Shown: positions 12,332 through 24,805, numbered from the whole stretch's first letter. The stretch is 63,648 nt of DNA, filler included, from Lama guanicoe (GCA_013239625.1; 160 parts of 160 records of this genome joined end to end with filler, not necessarily neighbours in it); one strand, 5' to 3'. A program made the numbers and translations. Notes: generated from the sequence alone by a model not told the origin.

Positions 12332-12530
12332 CAGAAATCATCATATTCTTTTTATCTCTTATCTGTTTTTTTCACTTCTGCTTCCCCTCCCCTCCATGAC
12401 TAGAATATAAGCTTCATAGGGGCACAAAACCAGGATTTCTTTTTAATTTCTTTCTTCTTTTTTATCACTACACTACCAGCGCCTAGCACACAATGACCCT
12501 TAATCACTGTTTGTTCAAGGAATAACTAAA
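12332..12530 (+). mobile_element. LINE-2 3' end
   Basis: ctagaatataagcttcatagggg...ccagcgcctagcaca...tgtttgttcaaggaataa. Confidence 0.7.
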
Positions 12531-13127
12531 AACAAAACAACCAAACAAAAACAATTGCCTGCAGACATTTGCAGAAAGCTCTTTATTACCATTTTGATAT
12601 TTCCTATTATTCCCTATTTAAAAAAAAAANNNNNNNNNNNNNNNNNNNNNNNNNNNNNNNNNNNNNNNNNNNNTTAATTAATTAANNNNNNNNNNNNNNN
12701 NNNNNNNNNNNNNNNNNNNNNNNNNNNNNTAACCAATCTTTTTCTTGAATATGGTACAGTATTTCTTTCATATAATCCTAAAAATCCAACTCATTAAATA
12801 AAAGGTCATAAAGTTCAAGAAAAGAAACTCAGATGAGATTTATCTTTCCCTGATCAATGGTAACTGGTGAGTCTCTGTCACACGTGCACTGTCATAAATG
12901 CTGGGACTCAAAAGATCCCTAAAGGGTGAAGGTTTCATTTTAAACCAAGAAAATTACATGGGAAAAGAACTTCAGAAGGATATCTGAATTCAGATAGATA
13001 AGGCCCACTGATATCAGCAAAGCTACGNNNNNNNNNNNNNNNNNNNNNNNNNNNNNNNNNNNNNNNNNNNNTTAATTAATTAANNNNNNNNNNNNNNNNN
13101 NNNNNNNNNNNNNNNNNNNNNNNNNNN

Positions 13128-13425
13128 AAAAAAAAAAAAAGAACAACCATCCAGATATTATGTATTTGGCAAAAATGTCCTTTAGGAATAAAAGACAAAT
13201 AAATTCAATCTCAGAAGAATAAAAACTAAAATAATGTGTCACTAGCAGACCTACCTGTAAAGAATGGCTAAAAGAAACTGTCCAGTCAGAAAGGTCATGA
13301 TAAGAGAAGGCGGCTTGGGGTGAAAGCAAAGAAATAAGAACAAAAGAACAGGTAAATACAATGGTGAACATAATATTCTCTTCATGAGCTTTTCAAATCA
13401 TACTTGATGGTTAAAGCAAATTATA
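13128..13425 (+). mobile_element. Old LINE-1 ORF1 C-terminal region
   Basis: ggcaaaaatgtcctttag..gtcactagcagacctacc..aagaatggctaaaagaa. Confidence 0.75.
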
Positions 13426-14719
13426 NNNNNNNNNNNNNNNNNNNNNNNNNNNNNNNNNNNNNNNNNNNNTTAATTAATTAANNNNNNNNNNNNNNNNNNN
13501 NNNNNNNNNNNNNNNNNNNNNNNNNTGTATTAACATCAGAGTTGCCCCCATTACACAAAACACAACCTCTATGACACAAAAATGTCCCCTTGTGGCAGTT
13601 AGCTCAGATAGGGTGAGAACAAGGATGCCAGAGACCCGTTCAGGGCAGCGCGGTGTGAACCGTGTGCGTCGTAAGCGCAGCGGAGTCGTATAAAATCAAC
13701 AGGTGTGTTATCACGCTCGCGTTCGTTATCACGAGAGTCCCATACAGGTGAGGGGTGTGAAAGAAAGGTTAGAGCTCCTCGTGAAAGACGCACACAAGCC
13801 CTTTACCTGTGAAAACCATCCGCNNNNNNNNNNNNNNNNNNNNNNNNNNNNNNNNNNNNNNNNNNNNTTAATTAATTAANNNNNNNNNNNNNNNNNNNNN
13901 NNNNNNNNNNNNNNNNNNNNNNNAACACCATCAATGTCACCCTTCGCAAGGTTTGCATCTGTCAATACCCAGAGCCACACTCCTAGAAAGAATAATTTTA
14001 ATTTCCTTTTAAAACGTAAGTTTAAATGTTCTCTAAATTATCAGTCACCCATACCCCTAACTCACTGCTGATCACTTGTTTTTGTGCAAAATGTGAACAT
14101 ATTTCCCCCTTTTTTTCTTTCACTATTGCTCAGTTTTGAGAGTTTAGGCACACACATGAGCATACATTCACTCATACCCAAAGACACAGACACACATCCT
14201 CTCACTCTCATAAGCAGAAAANNNNNNNNNNNNNNNNNNNNNNNNNNNNNNNNNNNNNNNNNNNNTTAATTAATTAANNNNNNNNNNNNNNNNNNNNNNN
14301 NNNNNNNNNNNNNNNNNNNNNACTTATCAATACCATGTTAGGCGGAAACTCAGAAACCGGTAGCCACGTGGGAACACAGATCATTTAGACCAAATCAAAT
14401 ACTGCTAAGGAGTCAAGGAATATGGAAAAGGGAGGGAGGAGCTCACCAGAAAGAAATTTAACCCCTCCTGGAGCACAGCCCAGAAACCACCTCTTCCCTC
14501 CTTGCATTTCCATGGTTCCATGTTGTGCTAGCCCTTCCCAGATTCATCTTGTAGCTCCAAGTAGGGGACTCCTACCAGAATTGCTCACAGACTGAAGGGT
14601 GATAAGAAAATGATTAACANNNNNNNNNNNNNNNNNNNNNNNNNNNNNNNNNNNNNNNNNNNNTTAATTAATTAANNNNNNNNNNNNNNNNNNNNNNNNN
14701 NNNNNNNNNNNNNNNNNNN

Positions 14720-15017
14720 GCTTTGAAATCTGAGACCCTGCTGACTCTGGAGAGACTGTCCCTCCCAGGGCAGCCAAATGCTAGAGACAATAAACAACTC
14801 ATCTGCTCGTGCTCCTTTCCTAAGCAAACCCACCAATTCAGAGCCCATCTCAGCCGTCTCCTTCATCAGGCTCTCACTGGGTTCTCACAGTCTGTGCCAC
14901 TATCCCCCTAAGCCAAACGTCCAGGGCCAGGTACCAGACAACCAGAGCCAGTCCCTATGCCCCAGAGCCCGCTGAAAGTATTCAAACTGGCCAGCCCTAC
15001 ACCTGCTTCCCCTTTCC
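14720..15017 (+). mobile_element. ERVL-class LTR (MER21/MER68/MER77-like)
   Basis: ccagggccaggtaccagacaac...ccccagagcccgctgaaagtattcaaactggcca. Confidence 0.7.
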
Positions 15018-15117
15018 NNNNNNNNNNNNNNNNNNNNNNNNNNNNNNNNNNNNNNNNNNNNTTAATTAATTAANNNNNNNNNNNNNNNNNNNNNNNNNNN
15101 NNNNNNNNNNNNNNNNN

Positions 15118-15415
15118 GTTTTGCTTTGACTATTCAGGTTCTTTTGTGGTTCGATATACATTTTACGATTATGCTAGTTCTGTGAAAAGTGCTGTGGGTA
15201 TTTTGATAGGCATTGCATTAAATTTGTAGATTGTTTTGGAAAGTGTGAATAATTTAACACTATTAATTCTTCTAATCTCTGAACATGGGATATCTATTCC
15301 TTTTTCCTTCATCATATCTTTCCATCTTCTGCTTCCTTCAATATTTTATAATTTTCAGAGTCTTTCACCTCATTGGTTAAGTATTGTATTCTTTTTGATG
15401 TGATTTTAAATGGTA
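15118..15415 (-). mobile_element. LINE-1 ORF2 fragment
   Basis: attttgataggcattgcattaaatttgtagattg; gaacatgggatatct. Confidence 0.85.
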
Positions 15416-15913
15416 NNNNNNNNNNNNNNNNNNNNNNNNNNNNNNNNNNNNNNNNNNNNTTAATTAATTAANNNNNNNNNNNNNNNNNNNNNNNNNNNNN
15501 NNNNNNNNNNNNNNNGCCGCTTTGCTCCAGTGTCTGGCCCAGCTAGACTGCTTCCAGTTCCACATGTGCCCTCCCTGCCTCTTTCTTGTCTTTGTGTTTG
15601 CTTCTTCCCTCTCCCTCTCACACTTTGTCCTCCTCCTTCAGGTATCTGCTTACATATCACTGCCACCAAAAGGGGGCAGTATTGGCACAAAGTTGGATGT
15701 CCCTTCTAAGTGTTCCAGTTGTGCCCCTTTTATACCTGCCGTGGTGTTTATGACTCTGTATGGAAGCTGCCTGTTTTTCCAGTTTATGGTACGTGATTCT
15801 TCAGGGTGGACTGNNNNNNNNNNNNNNNNNNNNNNNNNNNNNNNNNNNNNNNNNNNNTTAATTAATTAANNNNNNNNNNNNNNNNNNNNNNNNNNNNNNN
15901 NNNNNNNNNNNNN

Positions 15914-16170
15914 CTGGTCTCACAGGTTGGGGTCAGCGGGCTAGCAGCTGAGTGAGAATGATTTTGGCTTGGATGGCCAGGGTGACTTGGCTGTGTTCTC
16001 TGTGTCTCTCATCCTCTAGTGAACTGCTCTGGGCATGTTCTCACAGCATCTCACTGAGGGAAGGAATAAGTGAGAGGAAACCCACAAAAGCTTGTGCATC
16101 CTACACAGTAACATCTCATTGATGAATTCAAATCCCAGGGATGGTGTAACTCACAATCAAGGGGTGCAGA
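15914..16170 (-). mobile_element. MLT1-type (ERVL-MaLR) LTR fragment
   Basis: tgtctctcatcctctag...gggcatgttctcacagc...aacatctcattg. Confidence 0.6.
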
Positions 16171-16789
16171 AACAGCTTGTAACTTTGGAAAGTGTTCATC
16201 AATGTTTTTAGNNNNNNNNNNNNNNNNNNNNNNNNNNNNNNNNNNNNNNNNNNNNTTAATTAATTAANNNNNNNNNNNNNNNNNNNNNNNNNNNNNNNNN
16301 NNNNNNNNNNNGAAGTACAGATTTCTATATTTTTATGTATTCAAATTTTCTTCTAGCTGATTTAATGGAGAAACAGAATAGCTTCCCTGTTTACCAGCAA
16401 TTTGCATGCAGAGAAGATTTAGCTGTCAGAAATAAAGTGAAGCCTTCACAGACAACACCTCCCAGCGACATGTGTGCACACACACGCCACAGGTAGGTCG
16501 GCTTCCCAGCCTTGGAAGCATGGTGAGGCTTCCAGAAGGGGCGGGGAGGGGCAAAATCAGAGACCAAAAATGCATACAGAATTCTTTTATTTAACTTAAA
16601 CCATGTAGTNNNNNNNNNNNNNNNNNNNNNNNNNNNNNNNNNNNNNNNNNNNNTTAATTAATTAANNNNNNNNNNNNNNNNNNNNNNNNNNNNNNNNNNN
16701 NNNNNNNNNCCAGAGGAGACATATGTAGAATGAAGTTAAGTCCAATATCAGAGTGTACCTCTTATATATTACAGTAAGATTCTTTGTTT

Positions 16790-17007
16790 TCAGGTTTTAT
16801 GTATTATATGCACAGAAGTGGTATTGCTGGGTCATGATAGTTCTATTTTTATTATTTAAAGGAACTTCCATAAAATTTCCAAAGTGTTTTCACCAATTTT
16901 TATTCCCACCAACAGCGTAGGAGAGTCCCTTTTTCTCCACAACCTCCCCAGTCTTTAATATTTGTTGACATTTTGATGACAGCCCTTCTCAGTAGTGTGA
17001 GGTAAAG
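16790..17007 (-). mobile_element. LINE-1 ORF2 C-terminal fragment
   Basis: gaagtggtattgctgggtcat; attcccaccaacagcgtagga; ccctttttctccaca. Confidence 0.85.
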
Positions 17008-19345
17008 NNNNNNNNNNNNNNNNNNNNNNNNNNNNNNNNNNNNNNNNNNNNTTAATTAATTAANNNNNNNNNNNNNNNNNNNNNNNNNNNNNNNNNNNNN
17101 NNNNNNNCTTGTCCTTGAGGAATGGATTCTCCATTTTTCTTTTTTTGCAGTTCATGAACTACATTAGGATCCTTGCTTTACCTCCTTCCTGGGAGAGCAA
17201 CCTTGCTCGAACATCCAGACGTTAACTTCTTGGTTGAAACCTCCACTAACTCCTCTGTTACCAGCTGTGCCGTTTGAGAGGGTGTGTGGGGAAGCAGAAT
17301 TGTAAGTCTGCACAGATGCTAACTACCAATTGGAAAATGAGCTTATTGCCATGTTGACTGCCCAGACCCAGGAACGGACCGTGTCTGCACTGAGAGTCTT
17401 TCTGTNNNNNNNNNNNNNNNNNNNNNNNNNNNNNNNNNNNNNNNNNNNNTTAATTAATTAANNNNNNNNNNNNNNNNNNNNNNNNNNNNNNNNNNNNNNN
17501 NNNNNGTTGCTTTCATTTCCTTGTACATTTGCATGTCAAGGAATTTTGGAATCTATCTTGGACATTGTAGTATCATGCTACAAAAATGTCTGAAGACTGT
17601 TATATCCTTCTTAAGAAGGTTGATTTTATTTGCTCGTTTTCTTTCATATTTTATCAGAAAATTAACATGGTTTGACTCAAACTACAAACCCTGTCTCCTG
17701 GGTGGTAATACAAATATTACTTCATATCTTTAGCTCTGTCTGGCATTCTGTAACCTGCTCCACACTTTCATGGCTCAGCGTCGGTTAACTTGACACACAG
17801 AGTNNNNNNNNNNNNNNNNNNNNNNNNNNNNNNNNNNNNNNNNNNNNTTAATTAATTAANNNNNNNNNNNNNNNNNNNNNNNNNNNNNNNNNNNNNNNNN
17901 NNNAAAAAAAATACATAAGCATTGGTAAGGATGTAGAAGAATTAGAGCCCTTGTACCTTGCTGTTGAGAATGTGAAGTGCGACAGTGGCTGTGGAAATAG
18001 TCTGGTCGGTCTTCAAAATACTGAACATATTTACCTTATGAATGTAGATATACACTACTTCTACTGCTATATATATATATACCCAAGAGAAATTAAAACA
18101 TAATCAGAAGAAAACTAAAGTAGCTTTTTTAATATACAAAATAGACTTCAGAGCAAAAGAAATTATCAGAGACAAACAGAGGTCAGTTTACCAAGAAGAT
18201 ANNNNNNNNNNNNNNNNNNNNNNNNNNNNNNNNNNNNNNNNNNNNTTAATTAATTAANNNNNNNNNNNNNNNNNNNNNNNNNNNNNNNNNNNNNNNNNNN
18301 NGCTGATTCCATAAATAGGAAAATTAAGCTACTAAGTTTAGAAACTTCCTTAGCTGCTACTCATGGTTGCTTTTAGTCCAGCCTGCGGCGTGGAGGGGTG
18401 GTATCAGAGGACGCAGAAGTAAAGCACCTCAACCTGCAACCCCTCTGGCTGCTGCCCCGGGCCCGGGGGTAAACACTTCTTGCTGTCTCACTGTCCACAC
18501 TGAATCCGATGCCCCAGGTAACTGAGCAGAAGGGATTGTGTCCGTTTCTCTCACAAAAACAAGTAAAGCTTGCTCCAAGGAAGGTTTCAGAACATTCACN
18601 NNNNNNNNNNNNNNNNNNNNNNNNNNNNNNNNNNNNNNNNNNNTTAATTAATTAANNNNNNNNNNNNNNNNNNNNNNNNNNNNNNNNNNNNNNNNNNNNT
18701 CCATTTCCTAGTGCATGCTCCCATATTTTATTCCTCTACTCAAACCTTGCTATTGAATCTATGCTTGAAGTATCTTCTCTAGAAATTCTTTGGGGAACCT
18801 GTTTTTATGACTTATAATATCAGCCCAAGACATATCTCATTATATCTCTAACTTCAATCTGTTCACCTCCTCTGAAGTTTGACCTACACTCAGCTTTCCA
18901 CCTGCCATCTCTGCTTTAATGCCAGAAAAGGTGTCTCTAACACATTTCGCAAACTCATCTCATTCCTTCCATAAACTATGTCCCCTGTTTTGCTGCTNNN
19001 NNNNNNNNNNNNNNNNNNNNNNNNNNNNNNNNNNNNNNNNNTTAATTAATTAANNNNNNNNNNNNNNNNNNNNNNNNNNNNNNNNNNNNNNNNNNNNTAG
19101 TAAGGAAGATACTAGGAAATAATTAGCATTTCTAGATTTAATTGGGCCAATATCACCATATAAAAAGAATTGAAATGAAAAGAGAGTCTCAACTCCTCCT
19201 GGGTTAATTATACACGTGTAATTCCAAAATGTTGTCAATATAAATAAGTTTCAGCAACTGTACCACTCTCAGATGGCATAGAAGCCAACTTAAATTCATG
19301 GCATACTTGTCAACAAATTGATTCGTTTTTTTTCCAAAAGAAATA

Positions 19346-19395
19346 TTTTGTTTACTTTTTTAGAGGAGGTACTGGGGATTGAACCCAGGGCCTTG
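19346..19395 (-). mobile_element. Vic-1-like SINE, 3' part
   Basis: ggaggtactggggattgaacccagggccttg = antisense B-box region. Confidence 0.8.
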
Positions 19396-19509
19396 NNNNN
19401 NNNNNNNNNNNNNNNNNNNNNNNNNNNNNNNNNNNNNNNTTAATTAATTAANNNNNNNNNNNNNNNNNNNNNNNNNNNNNNNNNNNNNNNNNNNNACAAA
19501 AACACTCTT

Positions 19510-19630
19510 GAGATAATTAGCCCAGTTTTACAGATGTGGAAACCGAAGCTTAGAGATGTTAAGTGATTTGCCCATGATAATACGTCTTGCATATATTTTT
19601 GAAGCCAGGTGTTGGAATTCCAAATCAAGT
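19510..19630 (-). mobile_element. MIR SINE
   Basis: cccagttttacagatgtggaaaccgaagcttagagatgttaagtgatttgccca (MIR core). Confidence 0.85.
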
Positions 19631-19893
19631 ACTTTTTCCACTATAAGGATATTACTTGTAACAGAGCCATAAAGTAAGAAAGTGGATCTTTCTTGGATCC
19701 TTCCAAGAGGTTTTAGTTAAAAACTAAAACCTGACTGTGTAGTTTTTCCTAACGGGGATTTTCAGTTCTGGGTTCTCCAGAACACAGTTTTGCNNNNNNN
19801 NNNNNNNNNNNNNNNNNNNNNNNNNNNNNNNNNNNNNTTAATTAATTAANNNNNNNNNNNNNNNNNNNNNNNNNNNNNNNNNNNNNNNNNNNN

Positions 19894-20190
19894 AGTATGA
19901 ATGATCTAGAATGAAGATCAAAGAATATAGAATATATAATAGATAAATAAAACCCAGAATTTAGAAATGGAATGCAGAAAACAGAATTAATAAAATAGAA
20001 TGCAAAATACTGAATATAGAATTTTGAATACAGAAAGTAGAACACAGAATACAGAATATAAAAAAGACAATTTGCAACATGGAATGCAGAACACAGAATT
20101 TAGAATCTGGAATACAGTATACTGAATATAGAATTTTGAAAATAGTAAGTGGCACACAGAATATATAATGTAGAATACGGAATGCAGAAT
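19894..20190. repeat. Degenerate heptamer tandem repeat (AGAATAY-like) with 112-bp higher-order period
   Basis: ATACTGAATATAGAATTTTGAA at 20007 and 20119; GGAATGCAGA at 19969, 20081 and 20179. Confidence 0.85.
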
Positions 20191-20290
20191 NNNNNNNNNN
20201 NNNNNNNNNNNNNNNNNNNNNNNNNNNNNNNNNNTTAATTAATTAANNNNNNNNNNNNNNNNNNNNNNNNNNNNNNNNNNNNNNNNNNNN

Positions 20291-20588
20291 GCTGCCGACC
20301 TTTGGTGTAATCTCCCCATTCTCAGGATTCTGGAACCATTCTGTGTGCGTGGGGGAGCACGAGAGAACGCCCACGCAGCTATTTTCAGGCATAGGTGTTG
20401 CCTGTAAGTGGAAAGTCTGATAAATAACTTCCCTGAGCATGGGGAGGCAGCCGCTGCCACTTGGGATTCAAGCACAAACCCTTAGATTTCCTTGGCAGCC
20501 AGACGTTGGAAAACAATCAGGGGAGGCGAGCTGAGGGATTCCATTAGAACCCACATGCTTCAGACCGTTATTGGAACCTCCCCACGCT
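20291..20588 (-). repeat. Satellite monomer (~266 bp), same family as 29046-29342
   Basis: Reverse complement aligns along the whole of 29046-29342; its start motif recurs ~266 nt later. Confidence 0.9.
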
Positions 20589-21086
20589 NNNNNNNNNNNN
20601 NNNNNNNNNNNNNNNNNNNNNNNNNNNNNNNNTTAATTAATTAANNNNNNNNNNNNNNNNNNNNNNNNNNNNNNNNNNNNNNNNNNNNTGTGTAGCTCTG
20701 TGTTATAACGGAATAGAGTAACTTGAGTTGCTCGAGTGTATTTTTTTGTGGAAAAAGCATGAATGGCTTTTTATTAAAGCTGTGATACTGCTTAACAGTG
20801 GGAACTGGGACAGTGTCCTGGGGAGGGGACAGGCGTCCCTGTAAGGCTGGCCTTGGGGTCCACTGCACGTAGCACAGACTGTGACTCAGCCTCCTGGTGC
20901 TGATGGTCTTCCGTGCCCTAGCCAGTCACCTCTGCCCTTCAAATGGAAACACGGGGCACTTTGCAACTGTGTGTTCATTCTGATAANNNNNNNNNNNNNN
21001 NNNNNNNNNNNNNNNNNNNNNNNNNNNNNNTTAATTAATTAANNNNNNNNNNNNNNNNNNNNNNNNNNNNNNNNNNNNNNNNNNNN

Positions 21087-21150
21087 AATGTCCCCAGACA
21101 TCGTCAAGTCTCTCCTGAGGGACATAATCCTCCCCCGACCTCAGAATCTA
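21087..21150. mobile_element. MER20 terminal fragment
   Basis: aatgtccccagacatcgtcaagtctctcctgaggggacataatcctccccc. Confidence 0.65.
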
Positions 21151-21630
21151 TGCATATCTGAAGGTAGCTCTAGAGGGAACACCCCCACACCAAGCCGTTA
21201 AAACTGTATGTTCCTCTGTGAAAGTCTATTTTCCTTTGGGCTAACGATTAATTTCACACCTGAATATATAAGAGTTAACTTTGCTTCTAAAATGAAAACA
21301 AAATAGTAAAAGATTCACTAAGATTTAAAAAAAAAACACTTAATTTCACTGGACCTTACATACAAACTTTCATTAATACCCAAANNNNNNNNNNNNNNNN
21401 NNNNNNNNNNNNNNNNNNNNNNNNNNNNTTAATTAATTAANNNNNNNNNNNNNNNNNNNNNNNNNNNNNNNNNNNNNNNNNNNNTGCAAGCATGTCTGCA
21501 GGTACAGGTGAAAGCACCATGGAGCCCTCAGAGGAGTCTGGGAATGGGGAACGGGAGCCACCATTCTACTCCGGCTACTGTTACTGCTGTGAGTAATAAA
21601 TAGGCTGCTCTGAGCCAGGGTTCTATATCT

Positions 21631-21663
<33 letters not shown>

Positions 21664-22678
21664 GAGAGAATCTACCACCATGGTAGACTAATTTAAAAAC
21701 TTGGATGTAGAGCAAAATCTTAGGCCGTTTGCTGCTTCAGCCATAGTAATCCCCTGCAGGCTGCATTCCACACAGTCATCTCNNNNNNNNNNNNNNNNNN
21801 NNNNNNNNNNNNNNNNNNNNNNNNNNTTAATTAATTAANNNNNNNNNNNNNNNNNNNNNNNNNNNNNNNNNNNNNNNNNNNNAGTCCTTGATATTCTTGA
21901 CCTGTTACAGTTTTAAATGTTTAGTCTGAGGATTTCCATTTCAGTCAGGCAGCTAGAGTGGAATAAAATAGAACAGCAAGAAGAATCATGTTTCCTTCAC
22001 TGGCTCTTTCAAGTTCAAGCAGGAGCCTTTAATTTACCACGTGGGCTGGTGAAGGGCCATCTTTGTCTTGAATCAAGAAGGTGTGGACCCCAGGGAAGGT
22101 GGCACCTCTTACTTTTGAACCTGGCACAGGCCGAGTCCTCATAGTTAATCAAAAGCCATTTTATCTGAAGATGAAGAATTNNNNNNNNNNNNNNNNNNNN
22201 NNNNNNNNNNNNNNNNNNNNNNNNTTAATTAATTAANNNNNNNNNNNNNNNNNNNNNNNNNNNNNNNNNNNNNNNNNNNNAGGATTTTGTATTCTATAGA
22301 CTTGAGTGTGTTTAAATGCTTAGGAGATGCCCTAATCATTTAAAGAGGGTAGTTGTGAACAGAGAAGGGGTGGCAATTGATGAATCAGACCAAAAAAGTA
22401 GCAGATCAAAGATGTGAACCTTGGAAAGAAGCAGCTGAAAAGAAATGATGGATAAGAGAATGTCTGAGGATAAAAGCAAACTTTTGTAACTGGAAGGAGG
22501 GTCCAGAAAGTTTATTTTTGATCACATTAGCCTTTGCAGGACATCACAAGATCAACAGCTGAGAGAGATGAGGGCAACNNNNNNNNNNNNNNNNNNNNNN
22601 NNNNNNNNNNNNNNNNNNNNNNTTAATTAATTAANNNNNNNNNNNNNNNNNNNNNNNNNNNNNNNNNNNNNNNNNNNN

Positions 22679-22975
22679 GTATATACTGCTGCTTTGAACG
22701 TTGGGGTCCATATATCTTTTCGAATTAGAGTTCCCTCTGTTTATATGCCAGGAGTGGGATACCTGGATCATATGGTAAGTCTGTTTTTAGTTTTTTGCGG
22801 AATCCCTATGCTGTTTTCCATAATGGCTGCACCAAACTACATGCCCACCAATAGTGTAGGAGGGTTCCCTTTTCTCCACACCCTCTCCAGCAATTTATCA
22901 TCTGTGGACTTTTTAACGATGACCATTCTGACTGGTATGAGGTGATACCTCATGGTAGTCTTGACTTGCATTTCT
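22679..22975 (-). mobile_element. LINE-1 ORF2 C-terminal fragment (relatively young)
   Basis: gctgttttccataatggctgcacc; agggttcccttttctccacaccctctccagc; gtgatacctcat. Confidence 0.9.
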
Positions 22976-23075
22976 NNNNNNNNNNNNNNNNNNNNNNNNN
23001 NNNNNNNNNNNNNNNNNNNTTAATTAATTAANNNNNNNNNNNNNNNNNNNNNNNNNNNNNNNNNNNNNNNNNNNN

Positions 23076-23373
23076 TTTCAGTTGTTAATAGTGTTGTTTA
23101 AAGCACAAAAGCTTTAATTTTGATAAAGTCCGATTTATTCATTCTTTTTGTTATATGTGATTATGCTGTCATTTCTAAGAAATTGTTTTTTAATCCAAGG
23201 TGACAAAGATTTAATGTATTTTTCAAGAGTTTTATATTTTTAGTACTTACATTTGAGCCTTGGGGCCAGCTTGAGTTAACTTTTGTTTATGTTGTGAGGT
23301 AGGTGTCCATTTTCACAATTTTGTACGTGGTTATAGAGTTGCCTCAGCACCATTTGTTGAAAAGCTGTACTTT
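23076..23373 (-). mobile_element. Old LINE-1 ORF2 fragment
   Basis: ttaattttgataaagtcc; cagcaccatttgttgaaaag. Confidence 0.85.
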
Positions 23374-24269
23374 NNNNNNNNNNNNNNNNNNNNNNNNNNN
23401 NNNNNNNNNNNNNNNNNTTAATTAATTAANNNNNNNNNNNNNNNNNNNNNNNNNNNNNNNNNNNNNNNNNNNNCAAGAAGACCTTGAAAAGTTTCATGGT
23501 TGCTTTGTTCTTTTTTCACCAATAAACCATCTTTATGTATAAAGGTGAGAAATTTTATTTCTCTACGGTAACAAGCTTTCTTCTATGGGTGAGTGGGGAT
23601 CAGAAATTCTCTATTTATTATATGCAGGTATGCTCTTCCTTCCCGCCCCCCCCCCTGCTTTCTTCTGGAGTCGATGAAGAAGTGCCTTCTTGACACTGAT
23701 GTCAAGTAACAGAAAACCTACGAAACATGGCTTAAGCAATAAGGCAAATTACTAACCCATAAAAAAGAAAANNNNNNNNNNNNNNNNNNNNNNNNNNNNN
23801 NNNNNNNNNNNNNNNTTAATTAATTAANNNNNNNNNNNNNNNNNNNNNNNNNNNNNNNNNNNNNNNNNNNNACATCTGAAACTGTTCACCCTCCATCTAA
23901 TTAACTGCTTCCACAAAAAAAATATTATAAATTAAATGGAGGAAAGTTTTTAGCTAGCACCTGGATCCTTTTAATTACATCCTATTGGCACTATTTCTGT
24001 CTCTCTGGTTATGTGGCAAGGGATTGGTTCCTTCTGTCTGAGACAGTTGCTTCACTGAAACTATAATTAGCACCAGCCAGTAAACCACCTCAACGTCTTG
24101 GTATCCAGTTCCCTGCATAGCTTGCTCACTTCCGAACCCAAGCCACTCCATGCCCATTCCCTGTAATGCNNNNNNNNNNNNNNNNNNNNNNNNNNNNNNN
24201 NNNNNNNNNNNNNTTAATTAATTAANNNNNNNNNNNNNNNNNNNNNNNNNNNNNNNNNNNNNNNNNNNN

Positions 24270-24567
24270 GATTGCATTAAATCTGTAGATTGCTTTGGGC
24301 AGTATGGCCATTTTAACAAAATGAAGTAGACTTTCTCCAGAGAAGACATACATATGGCCAACAGGTACATGAATAGATGCTCAACATCACTAGGTATTAG
24401 GGAAATGCAAATCAAAACCACAAGGAAGTATTCAACCTCACACCGGTCAGAATGGCTATCATCAAAAGTCTATAAATAATAAATGCTGGTGAAGATGTGG
24501 GAAAAAGTGAACCCTCCTCACTGTTGGTGGGAATGTAAATCGGTGCAGCCACTATGGAAAACAGTAT
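24270..24567. mobile_element. LINE-1 with internal inversion junction (minus 24270-~24319, plus ~24320-24567)
   Basis: Antisense [22 protein letters not shown] segment abuts sense [25 protein letters not shown] segment. Confidence 0.85.
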
Positions 24568-24699
24568 NNNNNNNNNNNNNNNNNNNNNNNNNNNNNNNNN
24601 NNNNNNNNNNNTTAATTAATTAANNNNNNNNNNNNNNNNNNNNNNNNNNNNNNNNNNNNNNNNNNNNTAGTGAAATCTGAGCAAAAGCTTTAGCTCACC

Positions 24700-24805
24700 A
24701 GGACCTGAACTTCTGACCTGCTGCAACTGTGAGATGATAAATGGAAGTTGTATGAAACACTTACAGATGTGATAATTTGTTACACGGCAATAGAAAACTA
24801 ATACA
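24700..24805 (+). mobile_element. MLT1 LTR 3' end
   Basis: aactgtgagatgataaat...taatttgttacacggcaatagaaaactaataca. Confidence 0.8.
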
